Position numbers and translations under genes: made by a program
Source of the DNA: an uncultured Bacilli bacterium
GTDB taxonomy: Bacteria > Bacillota_I > Bacilli_A > RF39 > UBA660
Reading direction: 5' to 3'
DNA length: 64,000 nt
Assembly (NCBI GenBank): GCA_947589735.1
Contig: CANQCR010000008.1
Span: 8,809-72,808 of the forward strand
Notes under the pieces: model-generated
What the model was told of the DNA's origin: nothing
Databases searched by the model: none
What the model saw: only the letters and a program-made list of their open reading frames with translations
Shown here: positions 36,088-46,084 of the stretch, in pieces
Position numbering within the stretch: position 1 is the first letter of the stretch
How the letters are laid out: every line of letters begins with the position of its first letter

Positions 36088-37134
36088 CTATCCCCTCCTT
36101 TTTAGCTTAACAAAAGTTAGACCATTATTGCCAATATTAGCAGCAATATCATGGTATTCCTTAAAGTCCATATCATAGCCATTATATAGACGATACTGGA
36201 AGTCATCTAAAGCATCAATAGTCATTGGGAACTGATCTTCATGACCCATCTCAGCGACAATGGGAGACTCTAGCGCATAGCAAACATTGTCCGTTAAATC
36301 TTCTAGGAAAATATGATATCTAGTATATTCATCGCCCGGTTTGATACGATTACCTGAAAAGGCACACAAATGTCTTTTTAAAGCAATATGATAGGTAATT
36401 GAAGGATACATTAGCATTTGATGACCGGAAAATAAATATTCTGATGTATGATGATAATGCTCTTCGGCTGATACCTCATATATATCACCAAGCCCCATCG
36501 AACAACTTTTAAGGAGTTGAACGTCTAAGGTTCCTTTTTGATATTGATCTAATAATGTAAAATATTCGTCAAAGGAATGAAGACGGCGTAAAAGTTTATC
36601 GCCTTTGGCTTCTTGAATAGCCTTAAGGTACTCTTTAATGATTTCATCTTTTTTAGGATCATCACTATTTAATAATTCCATCAAACTATATTTGGCGAAA
36701 TCTTCTTCGGTTAAAGTTTTAAATATCGGTACTTGATACATTTCATAATCAGGAACTGGTCTTTGAATGAGTTCTTCACCGATAAATAAATTGGCATCCA
36801 AATTACATAAACCATCCCCATTAAGGTGCCTAACACGATGTGATAGATAAGGATTTTGAACTAAGTTTGAAGAAATAGTAGGACTAACAAAAGTTTGTTC
36901 AACCATTTCATTATCAGGTTTAACAATCAAGTCATGCATAAAAATGACATTGGCCTTATCGACCATAGCGGCATAATACATACCCTTTTCTTTGACAATG
37001 GTCCAACAACCAGGTATAGCATTAAGCATTTCAAAACGATGGGCATTAACAACAATATGTAGTCCATATTTACCCATTCCAGATGCTTCAATAGCAATGA
37101 TGCCATCACCATAATCATAGTACTTATTCTTCAT
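36088..37134 (-). CDS. hypothetical protein with an HNH_3-like motif
   Basis: SHRVRHLNGDGLCNLDANL resembles the H-N-N/H signature. The ORF extends to 37173, but that ATG sits inside the nadK terminator T tract, so I prefer the ATG at 37134 behind AGGTGG. Confidence 0.4.
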   Translation of the reverse strand: MKNKYYDYGDGIIAIEASGMGKYGLHIVVNAHRFEMLNAIPGCWTIVKEKGMYYAAMVDKANVIFMHDLIVKPDNEMVEQTFVSPTISSNLVQNPYLSHRVRHLNGDGLCNLDANLFIGEELIQRPVPDYEMYQVPIFKTLTEEDFAKYSLMELLNSDDPKKDEIIKEYLKAIQEAKGDKLLRRLHSFDEYFTLLDQYQKGTLDVQLLKSCSMGLGDIYEVSAEEHYHHTSEYLFSGHQMLMYPSITYHIALKRHLCAFSGNRIKPGDEYTRYHIFLEDLTDNVCYALESPIVAEMGHEDQFPMTIDALDDFQYRLYNGYDMDFKEYHDIAANIGNNGLTFVKLKRRG

Positions 37135-37173
37135 AAACCCACCTATACCAATTATAGCATATTTCAAATCCAT

Positions 37174-37196
37174 AAAAAAAGAGTTGATAACTCTTT
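37174..37196 (-). terminator. intrinsic terminator after nadK
   Basis: AAGAGTT-atc-AACTCTT followed by T6 on the - strand. Confidence 0.7.
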
Positions 37197-37998
37197 ATTT
37201 TAGAAATTTCTCGTTAATAATGGTTGAATAACTATAATTGTTCATCCGTAAACAAGATATCTTCTTTTTACTAATTTTCGTTACAATAGAAATAACATTA
37301 GTATAAGATTTAACCGTTCCATCATAATAGATGACAAACTGGTTTTTAGGATTTAACGGAACGACTTTAATAACTTTATCCTCGGGAACAATAACCGAAT
37401 TAACTAAACTCTTATAAGCTTTGTTAAACAAAGGAGCAATTGGCGTAATTTGAAGAGTATGTAAGTCACTATAGACAATACTACCATTAAAACTTAAATT
37501 GTAAGCGGTCGAACCGATAGATGTTGAAACTAAAATACCATCGCCAGCAAATGTTTCAAGCAAAATATCATCAACTAAGACATTAAAATAAGTTACATTT
37601 AAGTTCTTATCACGTACAACAACTTCATTTAAAGATAAGAACTTATCGACACCTTTTTTCGTTGTAATAGTACTTTCTTGAATACTAAGTTCTTCTTTTT
37701 TAAAATCATTATTATTAATCCGGGCAATCAAAAGTTCAATTTCATCAGGCTTAATTTCTTGTAAGAAACCAAGGGTACCAGCATTGATACCAACATAATA
37801 AGTATCCGTTTTAAAGTTGGTATGCTTAAGCATCCTTAAGAAAGCTCCATCCCCACCAATGGCAATTGCTAAATCATAATCTTCACTAACAATTTCAAAG
37901 TGATATTTATGAAGTAATTCTTCCGTCTCTTGAGCTATTTTCTTAGATACTTCATTATCGTTATAATATAGCCAAACCCGATTAATTTTTCTTCGCAT
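37195..37998 (-). CDS. nadK: NAD kinase
   Basis: GGDGAFLR and GDGILVSTSIGSTAYNLS motifs. Start placed at MRRKINRVWLYY (37998); the ORF extends to 38076. Confidence 0.9.
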   Translation of the reverse strand: MRRKINRVWLYYNDNEVSKKIAQETEELLHKYHFEIVSEDYDLAIAIGGDGAFLRMLKHTNFKTDTYYVGINAGTLGFLQEIKPDEIELLIARINNNDFKKEELSIQESTITTKKGVDKFLSLNEVVVRDKNLNVTYFNVLVDDILLETFAGDGILVSTSIGSTAYNLSFNGSIVYSDLHTLQITPIAPLFNKAYKSLVNSVIVPEDKVIKVVPLNPKNQFVIYYDGTVKSYTNVISIVTKISKKKISCLRMNNYSYSTIINEKFLK

Positions 37999-38806
37999 TT
38001 TTATACCTAAATAAAGCGGAAGGTCGGTGGCCCCCACCACTTTGAACCTTATCTGTTTTTTCAACTTTATTAGCAATAATCCGACGGAAGGCTGGATCTA
38101 ATAATTTCTTTCCTAAGATAACCTCATATACTTGTTGTAATTCTCCAAGCGTAAAATACTCAGGCATCATATTAAAGACGATATCAGTATAAGATATTTT
38201 GTTTCTAAGGCGACTGACACCGGCGGCAATGACAAGAGGATGATCAAAAGCTAATTTATCATTTTTTAAAACGGTAAATTTATAACGATCAGTTGTCAAT
38301 TCTTTTAGAGTTTTACCAATTTTAAACTTAATTACTTCTTCTCCATTATCTAGAGTAACATCAATATATTTTTCATCTTCAAGATAGGTAACATTAAACC
38401 ATGATGCATTAGGCGCTAAAGTATCTTTTAACTTAGTTTTATCAACTAAAGCCATATAAGAGGTACTTACAATTCGCATTCTAGGGTCTCTATTAACATC
38501 ACCATAAGTATATAACTGTTCAAGATAAATATTATGTAAGTTCGTTTCATCTTTTAAGATTCGTTTAGGCGCATCTTCAAGGTTTTCATCAATTCTAATG
38601 AAGCCGCCCGGCAAGCACCACTTATCTTTAAAAGGATAAGTATTTCTTTTAACTAATAAAACACTAAAGTATTTTTTACTAAGTTTTCGGTAATTACTTT
38701 CTTCCTCACTTGATACACTTAAAATTAAAATGTCCGTCGTCATCGATAAACGTTCAAACTGATTAGGATCATAAGCTTTTAAAAATTCTTCCTCACTACT
38801 ATACAT
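37982..38806 (-). CDS. nrtR: NrtR-like regulator (Nudix domain plus C-terminal winged helix)
   Basis: Degenerate Nudix fold in the N-terminal half (LPGGFIRIDENLEDAPKRILKDETN), a ~90-aa C-terminal domain, and an NAD-gene context. Confidence 0.6.
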   Translation of the reverse strand: MYSSEEEFLKAYDPNQFERLSMTTDILILSVSSEEESNYRKLSKKYFSVLLVKRNTYPFKDKWCLPGGFIRIDENLEDAPKRILKDETNLHNIYLEQLYTYGDVNRDPRMRIVSTSYMALVDKTKLKDTLAPNASWFNVTYLEDEKYIDVTLDNGEEVIKFKIGKTLKELTTDRYKFTVLKNDKLAFDHPLVIAAGVSRLRNKISYTDIVFNMMPEYFTLGELQQVYEVILGKKLLDPAFRRIIANKVEKTDKVQSGGGHRPSALFRYKNAKKN

Positions 38807-38809
38807 AAT

Positions 38810-39283
38810 CTACCTCCCATTTAATATATCTTTTAATTTACCAACAATAAAGTTAATTAGATAATCTTTACTAGAAGCTCTACTATTACCTTCAACTTTA
38901 ACTTTATAAGTATAATAAGTATCCGTATGTCTTTCATAAATACTAATGAAAGCCGTATTTAAATCTCCTCTTTTATTTCTTACATCATCATTATTAATTT
39001 TACCAGTTACCCCAATGCCGTAGTCAGCTTCAGCAAATAGAGCAATTTGATAACTCATTTCTCTTGCTACTTCTTCACTATAGACGCTATAAGTATCAAT
39101 TGTCTCTTTTTTAACACCCATTTTTATTTTAAAGGCATTAGAATAAGTAACAGCACTAAATCTTATAACATCACTAGATCCTTCAACATTGGTAATAGCG
39201 TTAGCCACCCCACCACCAGTACAAGATTCCATTGTGGCAATGGTATAACCTTGATCACGTAATAAATCAATTATTTCCTTCAT
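38810..39283 (-). CDS. pncC: nicotinamide-nucleotide amidohydrolase (CinA C-terminal domain type)
   Basis: TIATMESCTGGG motif. Start set at the ATG at 39283 behind GGAG. Confidence 0.75.
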   Translation of the reverse strand: MKEIIDLLRDQGYTIATMESCTGGGVANAITNVEGSSDVIRFSAVTYSNAFKIKMGVKKETIDTYSVYSEEVAREMSYQIALFAEADYGIGVTGKINNDDVRNKRGDLNTAFISIYERHTDTYYTYKVKVEGNSRASSKDYLINFIVGKLKDILNGR

Positions 39284-39869
39284 ATTCACTCCTCTTTTCA
39301 TATAAATGATTATCCTTAATATAAGTTAAAACATCTAAATCTAAATATTTATTGATATTGGCATCCGTTATATTATGACGAATATAAGTAGATGATAACA
39401 TAATCGCTTTTAAATTGGTGATGATAATGTTATGTTGATACTTTTGATATTTAGCTAAAGCATCAATCGTAGATGTCCCATCACGTCTAATAACTAGCAT
39501 TTTATAATTACTTAACATATATTCATAATTTCGCCAAGTATCAAACTCATCTAAGTTATCAGCGCCCATTATAAAATATATTTCGTCATTAGAATATTTC
39601 TTTTTAAAATAATCTAATGTTTCATAAGTATACTTTAACTGTTCTTGAAACTCAAAATCTGATACTTCTAACATCGGATACTTTGATGTCATCAACTTTA
39701 ACATTTGATAACGATGATTATTACTTACTAAACCTGGCTTATTATACTTATTACTAGCCGGTACATAAATAACTTTATCGAGATAGCCATTTTGAATAAG
39801 TTCTAAAGCGATATCTAAATGCATCTTATGGGGTGGATTGAAACATCCGCCAAAAATACCAATCCGCAT
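39267..39869 (-). CDS. nadD: nicotinate-nucleotide adenylyltransferase
   Basis: GIFGGCFNPPHKMH (T/HxGH-type) motif and a late SSTYIR motif. Confidence 0.9.
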   Translation of the reverse strand: MRIGIFGGCFNPPHKMHLDIALELIQNGYLDKVIYVPASNKYNKPGLVSNNHRYQMLKLMTSKYPMLEVSDFEFQEQLKYTYETLDYFKKKYSNDEIYFIMGADNLDEFDTWRNYEYMLSNYKMLVIRRDGTSTIDALAKYQKYQHNIIITNLKAIMLSSTYIRHNITDANINKYLDLDVLTYIKDNHLYEKRSEYEGNN

Positions 39870-39897
39870 TACCTCACCTCCCTCGCAATATATCTCT

Positions 39898-39948
39898 TGT
39901 TATTAACATTATATTAAAAAGAGAGATAGATGTCAAGTGTTTTTAACA
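39898..39948 (-). promoter_or_regulatory. sigma-A-type promoter of the nadD operon, bracketed by TGTT-N3-AACA palindromes
   Basis: The - strand reads ATGTTAAAAACA-ct-TTGACA-17 nt-TATAAT-GTTAATAACAAGAGAT. The -35 box is at 39931-39936, the -10 box at 39908-39913, and the palindromes at 39938-39948 and 39898-39908. Confidence 0.7.
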
Positions 39949-39996
39949 TTTTTATAAAAAGAAATGATAAAATAATTTTTATAATTAAAAAGGCAT

Positions 39997-41133
39997 CTAT
40001 TTAGATACCTTTTGCTTAGTTGTTTTGTTACGTTTAGCTTTACTATTCTTACCTCTTTTTTTTGTTCGTTCAATTTTATTAAACATTTCTCTTTTGCCGT
40101 TTTCCAATTTTTGAATAGATTCTTTATTATGTAAAGTATTAATAATGCGAGCAATAAAATTAGAACAATCAACTTCATGAAACCATGGTCGATCTTTAAT
40201 TTCTTTAGGAACATAAGATAAATTAGTTGAGTACAATTTAGTAAATAAAACGTCTTTATAAGCCTCATCAAAAATTTCATGTCCTTCAGTGAATAATGCG
40301 AAAGTTGCCACTAAATAGATATTTTTAGCGCCCCTTTTCTTTAACTCCCGAGCTACATCTAAAATGGACCCTCCGGAGGCAATCATATCATCGACGATTA
40401 AAATATTTTTATCTTTTACTTCACTACCCATATAAATGTGATCAACGATTGGGTTCTTGCCGTTAACGACCTTACTTAAATCCCGTCTTTTATAGAAAAC
40501 ACCTACATCGCAGCCTAAAACTTCAGCATAATACCGGCTTCGTTCCATTGCTCCCATATCAGGACTAACAACTAATAAATCGTTAATGTTTTCTTCTTTA
40601 ATTAAAGCATCTAAAATAATATGGGTTGGATAAAAATTTTCAAATGGCAAATTAGGAATAGCATTACTAATACTAGGATCATGCGCATCAAAAGTAACAA
40701 TGTCTTTAACACCGAGATTTTGTAATTCTTGAAGAGCTATCGCACAATCTAGTGATTCTCTTCCTTTACGTTTATGTTGCCTAGACTGATATAAAAAAGG
40801 CATAATTAAAGTTATTTTACTACTATGACCATTCGTGGCCGAAACAATTCTTTTGACATCCTGAAAATGTTCATCGGGTGACATAAAGTGCTTTACGCCA
40901 TGCATCATATAATTGATACTATAGTTTCCAACATCACAAAGAATGTATGTATCCTGTTCCCTTACAGTATCTTCAATTTTTACTTTCCCCTCACCATTAG
41001 AAAAACGAACATTCGTAATATTAACAAGATAACCGCTTCTTTCTTTCCTAAGGGTCATCAGTTCACGATTTACCTTTTTACCGACTTCCATAAAGTTATC
41101 TAAGACAATTAAACGCAAATTATTTTTTACCAT
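39997..41133 (-). CDS. prs: ribose-phosphate diphosphokinase (long form with a Lys-rich C-terminal tail)
   Basis: PRPP-binding loop ILIVDDMIASGGS, plus FDAHD and YQSRQHK motifs. The 30-aa tail reads KIERTKKRGKNSKAKRNKTTKQKVSK. Confidence 0.85.
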   Translation of the reverse strand: MVKNNLRLIVLDNFMEVGKKVNRELMTLRKERSGYLVNITNVRFSNGEGKVKIEDTVREQDTYILCDVGNYSINYMMHGVKHFMSPDEHFQDVKRIVSATNGHSSKITLIMPFLYQSRQHKRKGRESLDCAIALQELQNLGVKDIVTFDAHDPSISNAIPNLPFENFYPTHIILDALIKEENINDLLVVSPDMGAMERSRYYAEVLGCDVGVFYKRRDLSKVVNGKNPIVDHIYMGSEVKDKNILIVDDMIASGGSILDVARELKKRGAKNIYLVATFALFTEGHEIFDEAYKDVLFTKLYSTNLSYVPKEIKDRPWFHEVDCSNFIARIINTLHNKESIQKLENGKREMFNKIERTKKRGKNSKAKRNKTTKQKVSK

Positions 41134-41229
41134 TACTCTACTCCTTACTTAATGTGTTATACTTACACATACAATATATTAAATGGTTAATAAATTGTCA
41201 ATAGATTTAACAAAAAAAGAAGAATTATT

Positions 41230-43155
41230 TTAAAATTCTTCTAAATCTTGTAACCAAATATTGACATCACCATCACTAGGCATTCTTAAATCCCCTCGTG
41301 GGGATAGTGAGATTGTACCTACTTTAGGGCCATCAGGTAAACAACTTCTTTTAAATTGTTGACTAAAGAATCGTTTTAAAAAGAATGTTAACCATTTCTT
41401 AATCTCTTCATCTGTATACATATCTTTAAAAGTGTTTTTAGCAATTAAATATATCTTCTTAGGGCTAGCGCCATATCTAAAGAAATGATATAAGAAGAAA
41501 TCGTGTAAAATATATGGTCCAACTGTATTCTCAGTCTTTTGCGTAATATTACCTTTTTGATCAGGAGGTAGTAATTCAGGACTAATAGGTGTATCTAAAA
41601 TATCATAAATTGTTGCCGCCATATTTTCATGGGTATCAGCAATCCATTTGACAAGATAGCGAACTAAAGTTTTCGGAATAGATGTATTAACAGCATACAT
41701 ACTCATGTGATCACCATTATAAGTACACCAACCTAAAGCTAATTCTGATAAATCACCCGTTCCAATAACAAGGCCTCCTTCTTTATTGGCAATATCCATA
41801 AGAATCTGGGTCCGTTCCCGAGCCTGAACATTTTCATAAGTAACATCAAACTTATTTGGGTCTTGGCCAATATCATTAAAATGAACATTGCAAGATTCTT
41901 TAATGTCAACTTCTTTTAAAGTAGCACCAAAAGATTTAATTAAATTAACGGCATTTTGATAAGTTCGACCCGTTGTTCCAAAGCCTGGCATCGTAACAGC
42001 AATAATATTTTTATTATCAATACCTAACTTTTTAAAGGCTTCTACGATAATTAAGAACGCTAGTGTTGAATCTAAACCACCAGAAATACCGATAACCGCT
42101 TTCTTCATACCTGTATGTTTTAATCTTTTAGCAAGTCCGGAAGCTTGAATGTTAAAGATTTCATAACAACGACTATTTCTTTTTTCCTCATTGCTTGGAA
42201 CAAAAGGATACATACTATATGTTCTTAATAAATCAGTATTAGCGTCTTTAATAGCCACTTGAATCGTCCGATGAGGTAAATGTGGCTTTATCCCCATATA
42301 ACTAATATCTTTATGACGGTCATTCATAATTTTATAAGTATCAACATCTGCGATAATTAAACTGCTATCAAAACTAAAGCGCTCTCCTTCCGTTAGGATA
42401 TTACCACTTTCAGCAATTAAAGAGTGACCTGAGAAAACGACATCGGTCGTTGACTCATTAATACCGGCTGAAGCATAGATATAGGCACATTTTGTCTTAG
42501 CTGATTGCATCTTTACTAAGTTTTTACGATACTCATATTTACCAATAATTTCATTACTTGCTGACAAGTTAAAAATGATATTAGCTCCCGCTAAAGTGTG
42601 TTCGTTACTTGGTGGGGTTACACTCCATAAGTCTTCACATATTTCAATAGCAAAGCAGATATTTTTATTTTCTTTATCTTGAAATAATAAGTCGATTCCA
42701 AAAGGTACCTCTTCACCTAGTAAGGTAATAGTATTACTAATGGCATTAAGGCTAGATTGAAACCAACGTTTCTCATAGAACTCTTCATAATTAGGAATAT
42801 ATGTTTTAGGAACAACCCCTAGTATTTTACCCTTACTAATAATAACGGCTGTATTAAATAATTGGTTATCTAAACTAACCGGCATACCAATAATCGATAT
42901 AATATCTAAATCTTTTATTTCATCTACAATCTTTTGTAGGCCAACTAAAGATGATGTCAATAAAATATCTTGATGAAATAAATCACTACAAGTATAGCCT
43001 GTTAATGATAATTCTGGTGTCGTAACAATTTGAACACCTTTCTCATTAGCTAGTTTAATTTGTTTAATAATCTCATCAGCATTAAATAGTACATTACCAA
43101 CTTTAAGTTCAGGGACAATAGCCCCAACTCTAACATAACCATATTGTTTTAACAT
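41230..43155 (-). CDS. nadE: glutamine-dependent NAD+ synthetase (long form)
   Basis: N-terminal CN-hydrolase domain (E, K and ICED Cys pattern) and a C-terminal ISGGLDS PP-loop. Confidence 0.9.
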   Translation of the reverse strand: MLKQYGYVRVGAIVPELKVGNVLFNADEIIKQIKLANEKGVQIVTTPELSLTGYTCSDLFHQDILLTSSLVGLQKIVDEIKDLDIISIIGMPVSLDNQLFNTAVIISKGKILGVVPKTYIPNYEEFYEKRWFQSSLNAISNTITLLGEEVPFGIDLLFQDKENKNICFAIEICEDLWSVTPPSNEHTLAGANIIFNLSASNEIIGKYEYRKNLVKMQSAKTKCAYIYASAGINESTTDVVFSGHSLIAESGNILTEGERFSFDSSLIIADVDTYKIMNDRHKDISYMGIKPHLPHRTIQVAIKDANTDLLRTYSMYPFVPSNEEKRNSRCYEIFNIQASGLAKRLKHTGMKKAVIGISGGLDSTLAFLIIVEAFKKLGIDNKNIIAVTMPGFGTTGRTYQNAVNLIKSFGATLKEVDIKESCNVHFNDIGQDPNKFDVTYENVQARERTQILMDIANKEGGLVIGTGDLSELALGWCTYNGDHMSMYAVNTSIPKTLVRYLVKWIADTHENMAATIYDILDTPISPELLPPDQKGNITQKTENTVGPYILHDFFLYHFFRYGASPKKIYLIAKNTFKDMYTDEEIKKWLTFFLKRFFSQQFKRSCLPDGPKVGTISLSPRGDLRMPSDGDVNIWLQDLEEF

Positions 43156-43158
43156 AGA

Positions 43159-43770
43159 CTACCTCCTTTTTAAATATTGTCTAGCTTTTTCAATTGTAAG
43201 TTTACTATTAAGAGATTTAAAATACCCCATTGTATTTAGTTCTAACATCTCATCAAAAGTACATTTAAAAGGTCTTATAATTTCACTTTCATCTAATTTT
43301 TGATCACAAGTCTGTTCACTACCTAAGGCCAAGAATAAATAGTTTTTAGCTGGGGAGATACCTTCCATGGGATAGGCCGCATCTAGTAAAACAAGATTTT
43401 CAGAAATAACACCTAGTTCTTCCCGTAACTCCCTTTTAGCTGCCACCATTGGTTCTTCACCATCTTCAATATATCCGGCTGGTAAGGCTAAAGTAACACT
43501 CTCATCCGTGTGAACCCGAGGTTCGACATTAAGAAATACTTCATCATTATGGGTTAATGCTAAGATAACAGCCGCATCGCCACGCTTATTATTTATGAGT
43601 AACCTTTCTCTAATAATTATTTTACCACAATTTAAATGGCATTCATAAAAGGAACTACTTAAGAATTGTTTTTTAGGTTGAAATGTAGGTCCAACCGTTA
43701 ATGGTACTTTTTTAATTGTCTTTAATTCTTCTAAATAAGAATGTAATTCATCTAACTTTTCTTTACGCAT
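43159..43770 (-). CDS. NUDIX hydrolase (ADP-ribose pyrophosphatase-like)
   Basis: Nudix box GYIEDGEEPMVAAKRELREELG. Confidence 0.75.
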   Translation of the reverse strand: MRKEKLDELHSYLEELKTIKKVPLTVGPTFQPKKQFLSSSFYECHLNCGKIIIRERLLINNKRGDAAVILALTHNDEVFLNVEPRVHTDESVTLALPAGYIEDGEEPMVAAKRELREELGVISENLVLLDAAYPMEGISPAKNYLFLALGSEQTCDQKLDESEIIRPFKCTFDEMLELNTMGYFKSLNSKLTIEKARQYLKRR

Positions 43771-45346
43771 GGTACTGTCCTATCCTTTTTTGTTTTTCAA
43801 CTGCATCTTTATGTTCCGTAATCATTTGCTTTTTTAAATGTAGTAATGGTTCACTTAAATCAACAATGTATTCATATGGACTAGATGATTGTTTAATTTC
43901 TGGATATATAGTCGCAAACATATCCGCACAATAATTTGCACTTTCTAAAGTTTCTGGTACTTGATAGACAAGTTTACCATTTAAAAAGATTGGTACCTGT
44001 AGTTCTTGAACAGTATAATTAGATAATTCTTTACGCCGCCATTCATTAACAGGTGAGATTAAAGTATAACCATCTAAAGGGATTTTCTCGGTAGCTAAAG
44101 CGACGACATCACCTAAAGCATACCCCGTTTTTTGATCATAGAAACGATATACTTTTTTATAACCAGGATTAGTAATCTTAACTTCAGAGTCACTAAGTTT
44201 AATACGAGGTACAGCAACACCATCCTCATCGACAGCAACTAATTTATATACCCCACCAAGTCGGGCTTTAGGCGCAATCGCGTTATCACCGACACCAAGG
44301 TTATCAATAGGAGCGTTAACTTGTTTTAACTGTCTAATGTGGGCTTCATCTAAGCCGTTAGTAACAAATATTTTGGTATCTGTATACCCAGCAGCATCCA
44401 ATATTTTACGAGCTTCACTGGCAAGATAGGTTAAGTCACCGCTATCAATTCTGATCCCTTTAAAAGGATAGCCATTAGGGGTTAAAAAGTCATCGGCCAC
44501 TTTAATAGCTGCTGGAAGGCCACTATATAAGGTACTAAAAGTATCAACTAAAGCAACAAAGTTATAAGGATTAGATTTAGCATAAGCCATAAAAGCATCA
44601 TAATCATTACCATAAAATTCAACTAAAGAATGAGCCATCGTACCTGATGGTATAAGATTATAAGTTTGCGCAGCTAAAACATTCGAAGTACTAGAAAATC
44701 CCCCAATTGCTGCATGGCGTGATCCTTGTGTGACTGACTCACCATGACCTCTTCTCGCTCCAAAGTCAGCTATCTTTAGTGGTTCAGCAGCACTAGAAAG
44801 CCTTTTCGTAGCCGTAGCAATTAAACTGCCATGATTAAAGTAAGCTAACATTAAAGTCTCAAGTAACTGAGCTTCAATAACATTGGCATGAACGGTTATG
44901 ATAGGTTCATTAGGGAAAATTGGTGTGCCATCTGGTACCGCCCATATATCACCCGTAAAATGTAAATCTTTTAGATATGCTAAAAAATCTTCTGTAAATT
45001 GACCTGTACCTCTTAAATAGTCAATATCCCCTTTTGTAAAATGAAAATTTTTAACATAATCAATAATTTCTGCTAAACCTGAACTTATTGTATAACCACT
45101 ACCAAACTCATGATTACGGAAGAAAACATCAAAATAAGCCTTCCTTTGATACTCACCTGTATCAAAGAATGTTTGGGACATCGTAAACTCATAAAAGTCA
45201 ACTAACATTGTTAAATTAGGTTTTTGATTCTTTAAAATAGCCTCCTTTAAATCTTGCCAAGTCTTAATACCTTCGTCTTCAATATCAATCATTTTTTTGA
45301 CATCTTCAACGCTCATTAAATCAATCTCATTATTATTTTTAACCAT
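43763..45346 (-). CDS. pncB: nicotinate phosphoribosyltransferase
   Basis: The 527-aa length, the motifs DFYEFTM, FGARR, GTMAHS and IRIDSGD, and the NAD context. Confidence 0.85.
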   Translation of the reverse strand: MVKNNNEIDLMSVEDVKKMIDIEDEGIKTWQDLKEAILKNQKPNLTMLVDFYEFTMSQTFFDTGEYQRKAYFDVFFRNHEFGSGYTISSGLAEIIDYVKNFHFTKGDIDYLRGTGQFTEDFLAYLKDLHFTGDIWAVPDGTPIFPNEPIITVHANVIEAQLLETLMLAYFNHGSLIATATKRLSSAAEPLKIADFGARRGHGESVTQGSRHAAIGGFSSTSNVLAAQTYNLIPSGTMAHSLVEFYGNDYDAFMAYAKSNPYNFVALVDTFSTLYSGLPAAIKVADDFLTPNGYPFKGIRIDSGDLTYLASEARKILDAAGYTDTKIFVTNGLDEAHIRQLKQVNAPIDNLGVGDNAIAPKARLGGVYKLVAVDEDGVAVPRIKLSDSEVKITNPGYKKVYRFYDQKTGYALGDVVALATEKIPLDGYTLISPVNEWRRKELSNYTVQELQVPIFLNGKLVYQVPETLESANYCADMFATIYPEIKQSSSPYEYIVDLSEPLLHLKKQMITEHKDAVEKQKRIGQYHA

Positions 45347-45387
45347 AAATATTCCTTCTTTCTATCTTTTTGTTAATAATAAACAGG

Positions 45388-46059
45388 TTAATTATAAACC
45401 TTCACCTTTGAAGGTTCTTCAACTTTTATACCAGCTTGCATCATAAACTTAAAAGCCATATTATTATATTCTTGACGGTCATGAATACCAGCTTCCATAA
45501 GTTTACCATCACCATCATAGACATTAGGTTTTGTCTCATATGTTTCAACGGCTTCTTTAGGAACGATAACATCAACAGCAATATCTAACTCATCACATAA
45601 TTTTTTAAGGGGTATAGCAACATCCATTACGCATATATCTGTACAACAACCGACAATGGTAATTTTTCCAAACTTAGGGTTTTTAATAACTTCTTTAATG
45701 AAATTCAAAAATCCTGGGGCCCACATCGCACAAGTAGAGTTTTTAAAAAACTCATAACAATATGGTTCATATTGAACTAACTCAATAACTAATGCTGCTT
45801 CCCAAGTTCCCGCTAAACAATGTGGTGGATAATTTTTAAACTCCATCGCCTCTTTAGTATGATTTTCACGAATAACCGCTACAGCTTTATGATCATCTGT
45901 TAAGGCTTCCTGCATATAATTTTTAGCAGCCGGTATGATATGTTGAATGTATGGATCAGCTAACGCCCCTTCTTTGACAAAGCCATTAACTAAATCGACA
46001 GCAATAACTAACTCCTCAATATCTTTTACTTCTGTTTTTTGCATCTTTGTTTTTATCAT
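45388..46059 (-). CDS. pncA: isochorismatase-family nicotinamidase
   Basis: Catalytic pattern VDLVNGF (Asp), FFKNS (Lys) and GCCTDICV (Cys), plus PPHCLAGTWEA. Confidence 0.7.
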   Translation of the reverse strand: MIKTKMQKTEVKDIEELVIAVDLVNGFVKEGALADPYIQHIIPAAKNYMQEALTDDHKAVAVIRENHTKEAMEFKNYPPHCLAGTWEAALVIELVQYEPYCYEFFKNSTCAMWAPGFLNFIKEVIKNPKFGKITIVGCCTDICVMDVAIPLKKLCDELDIAVDVIVPKEAVETYETKPNVYDGDGKLMEAGIHDRQEYNNMAFKFMMQAGIKVEEPSKVKVYN

Positions 46060-46084
46060 ATTATCCCTCCTCTTATTAATATTT

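Noticed and set aside
39933-40280. 115-aa ORF overlapping the 3' end of prs on the same strand.
   Set aside because: It has a low-complexity K/L/I-rich translation in an alternative frame of a confidently identified gene. No independent RBS or promoter.
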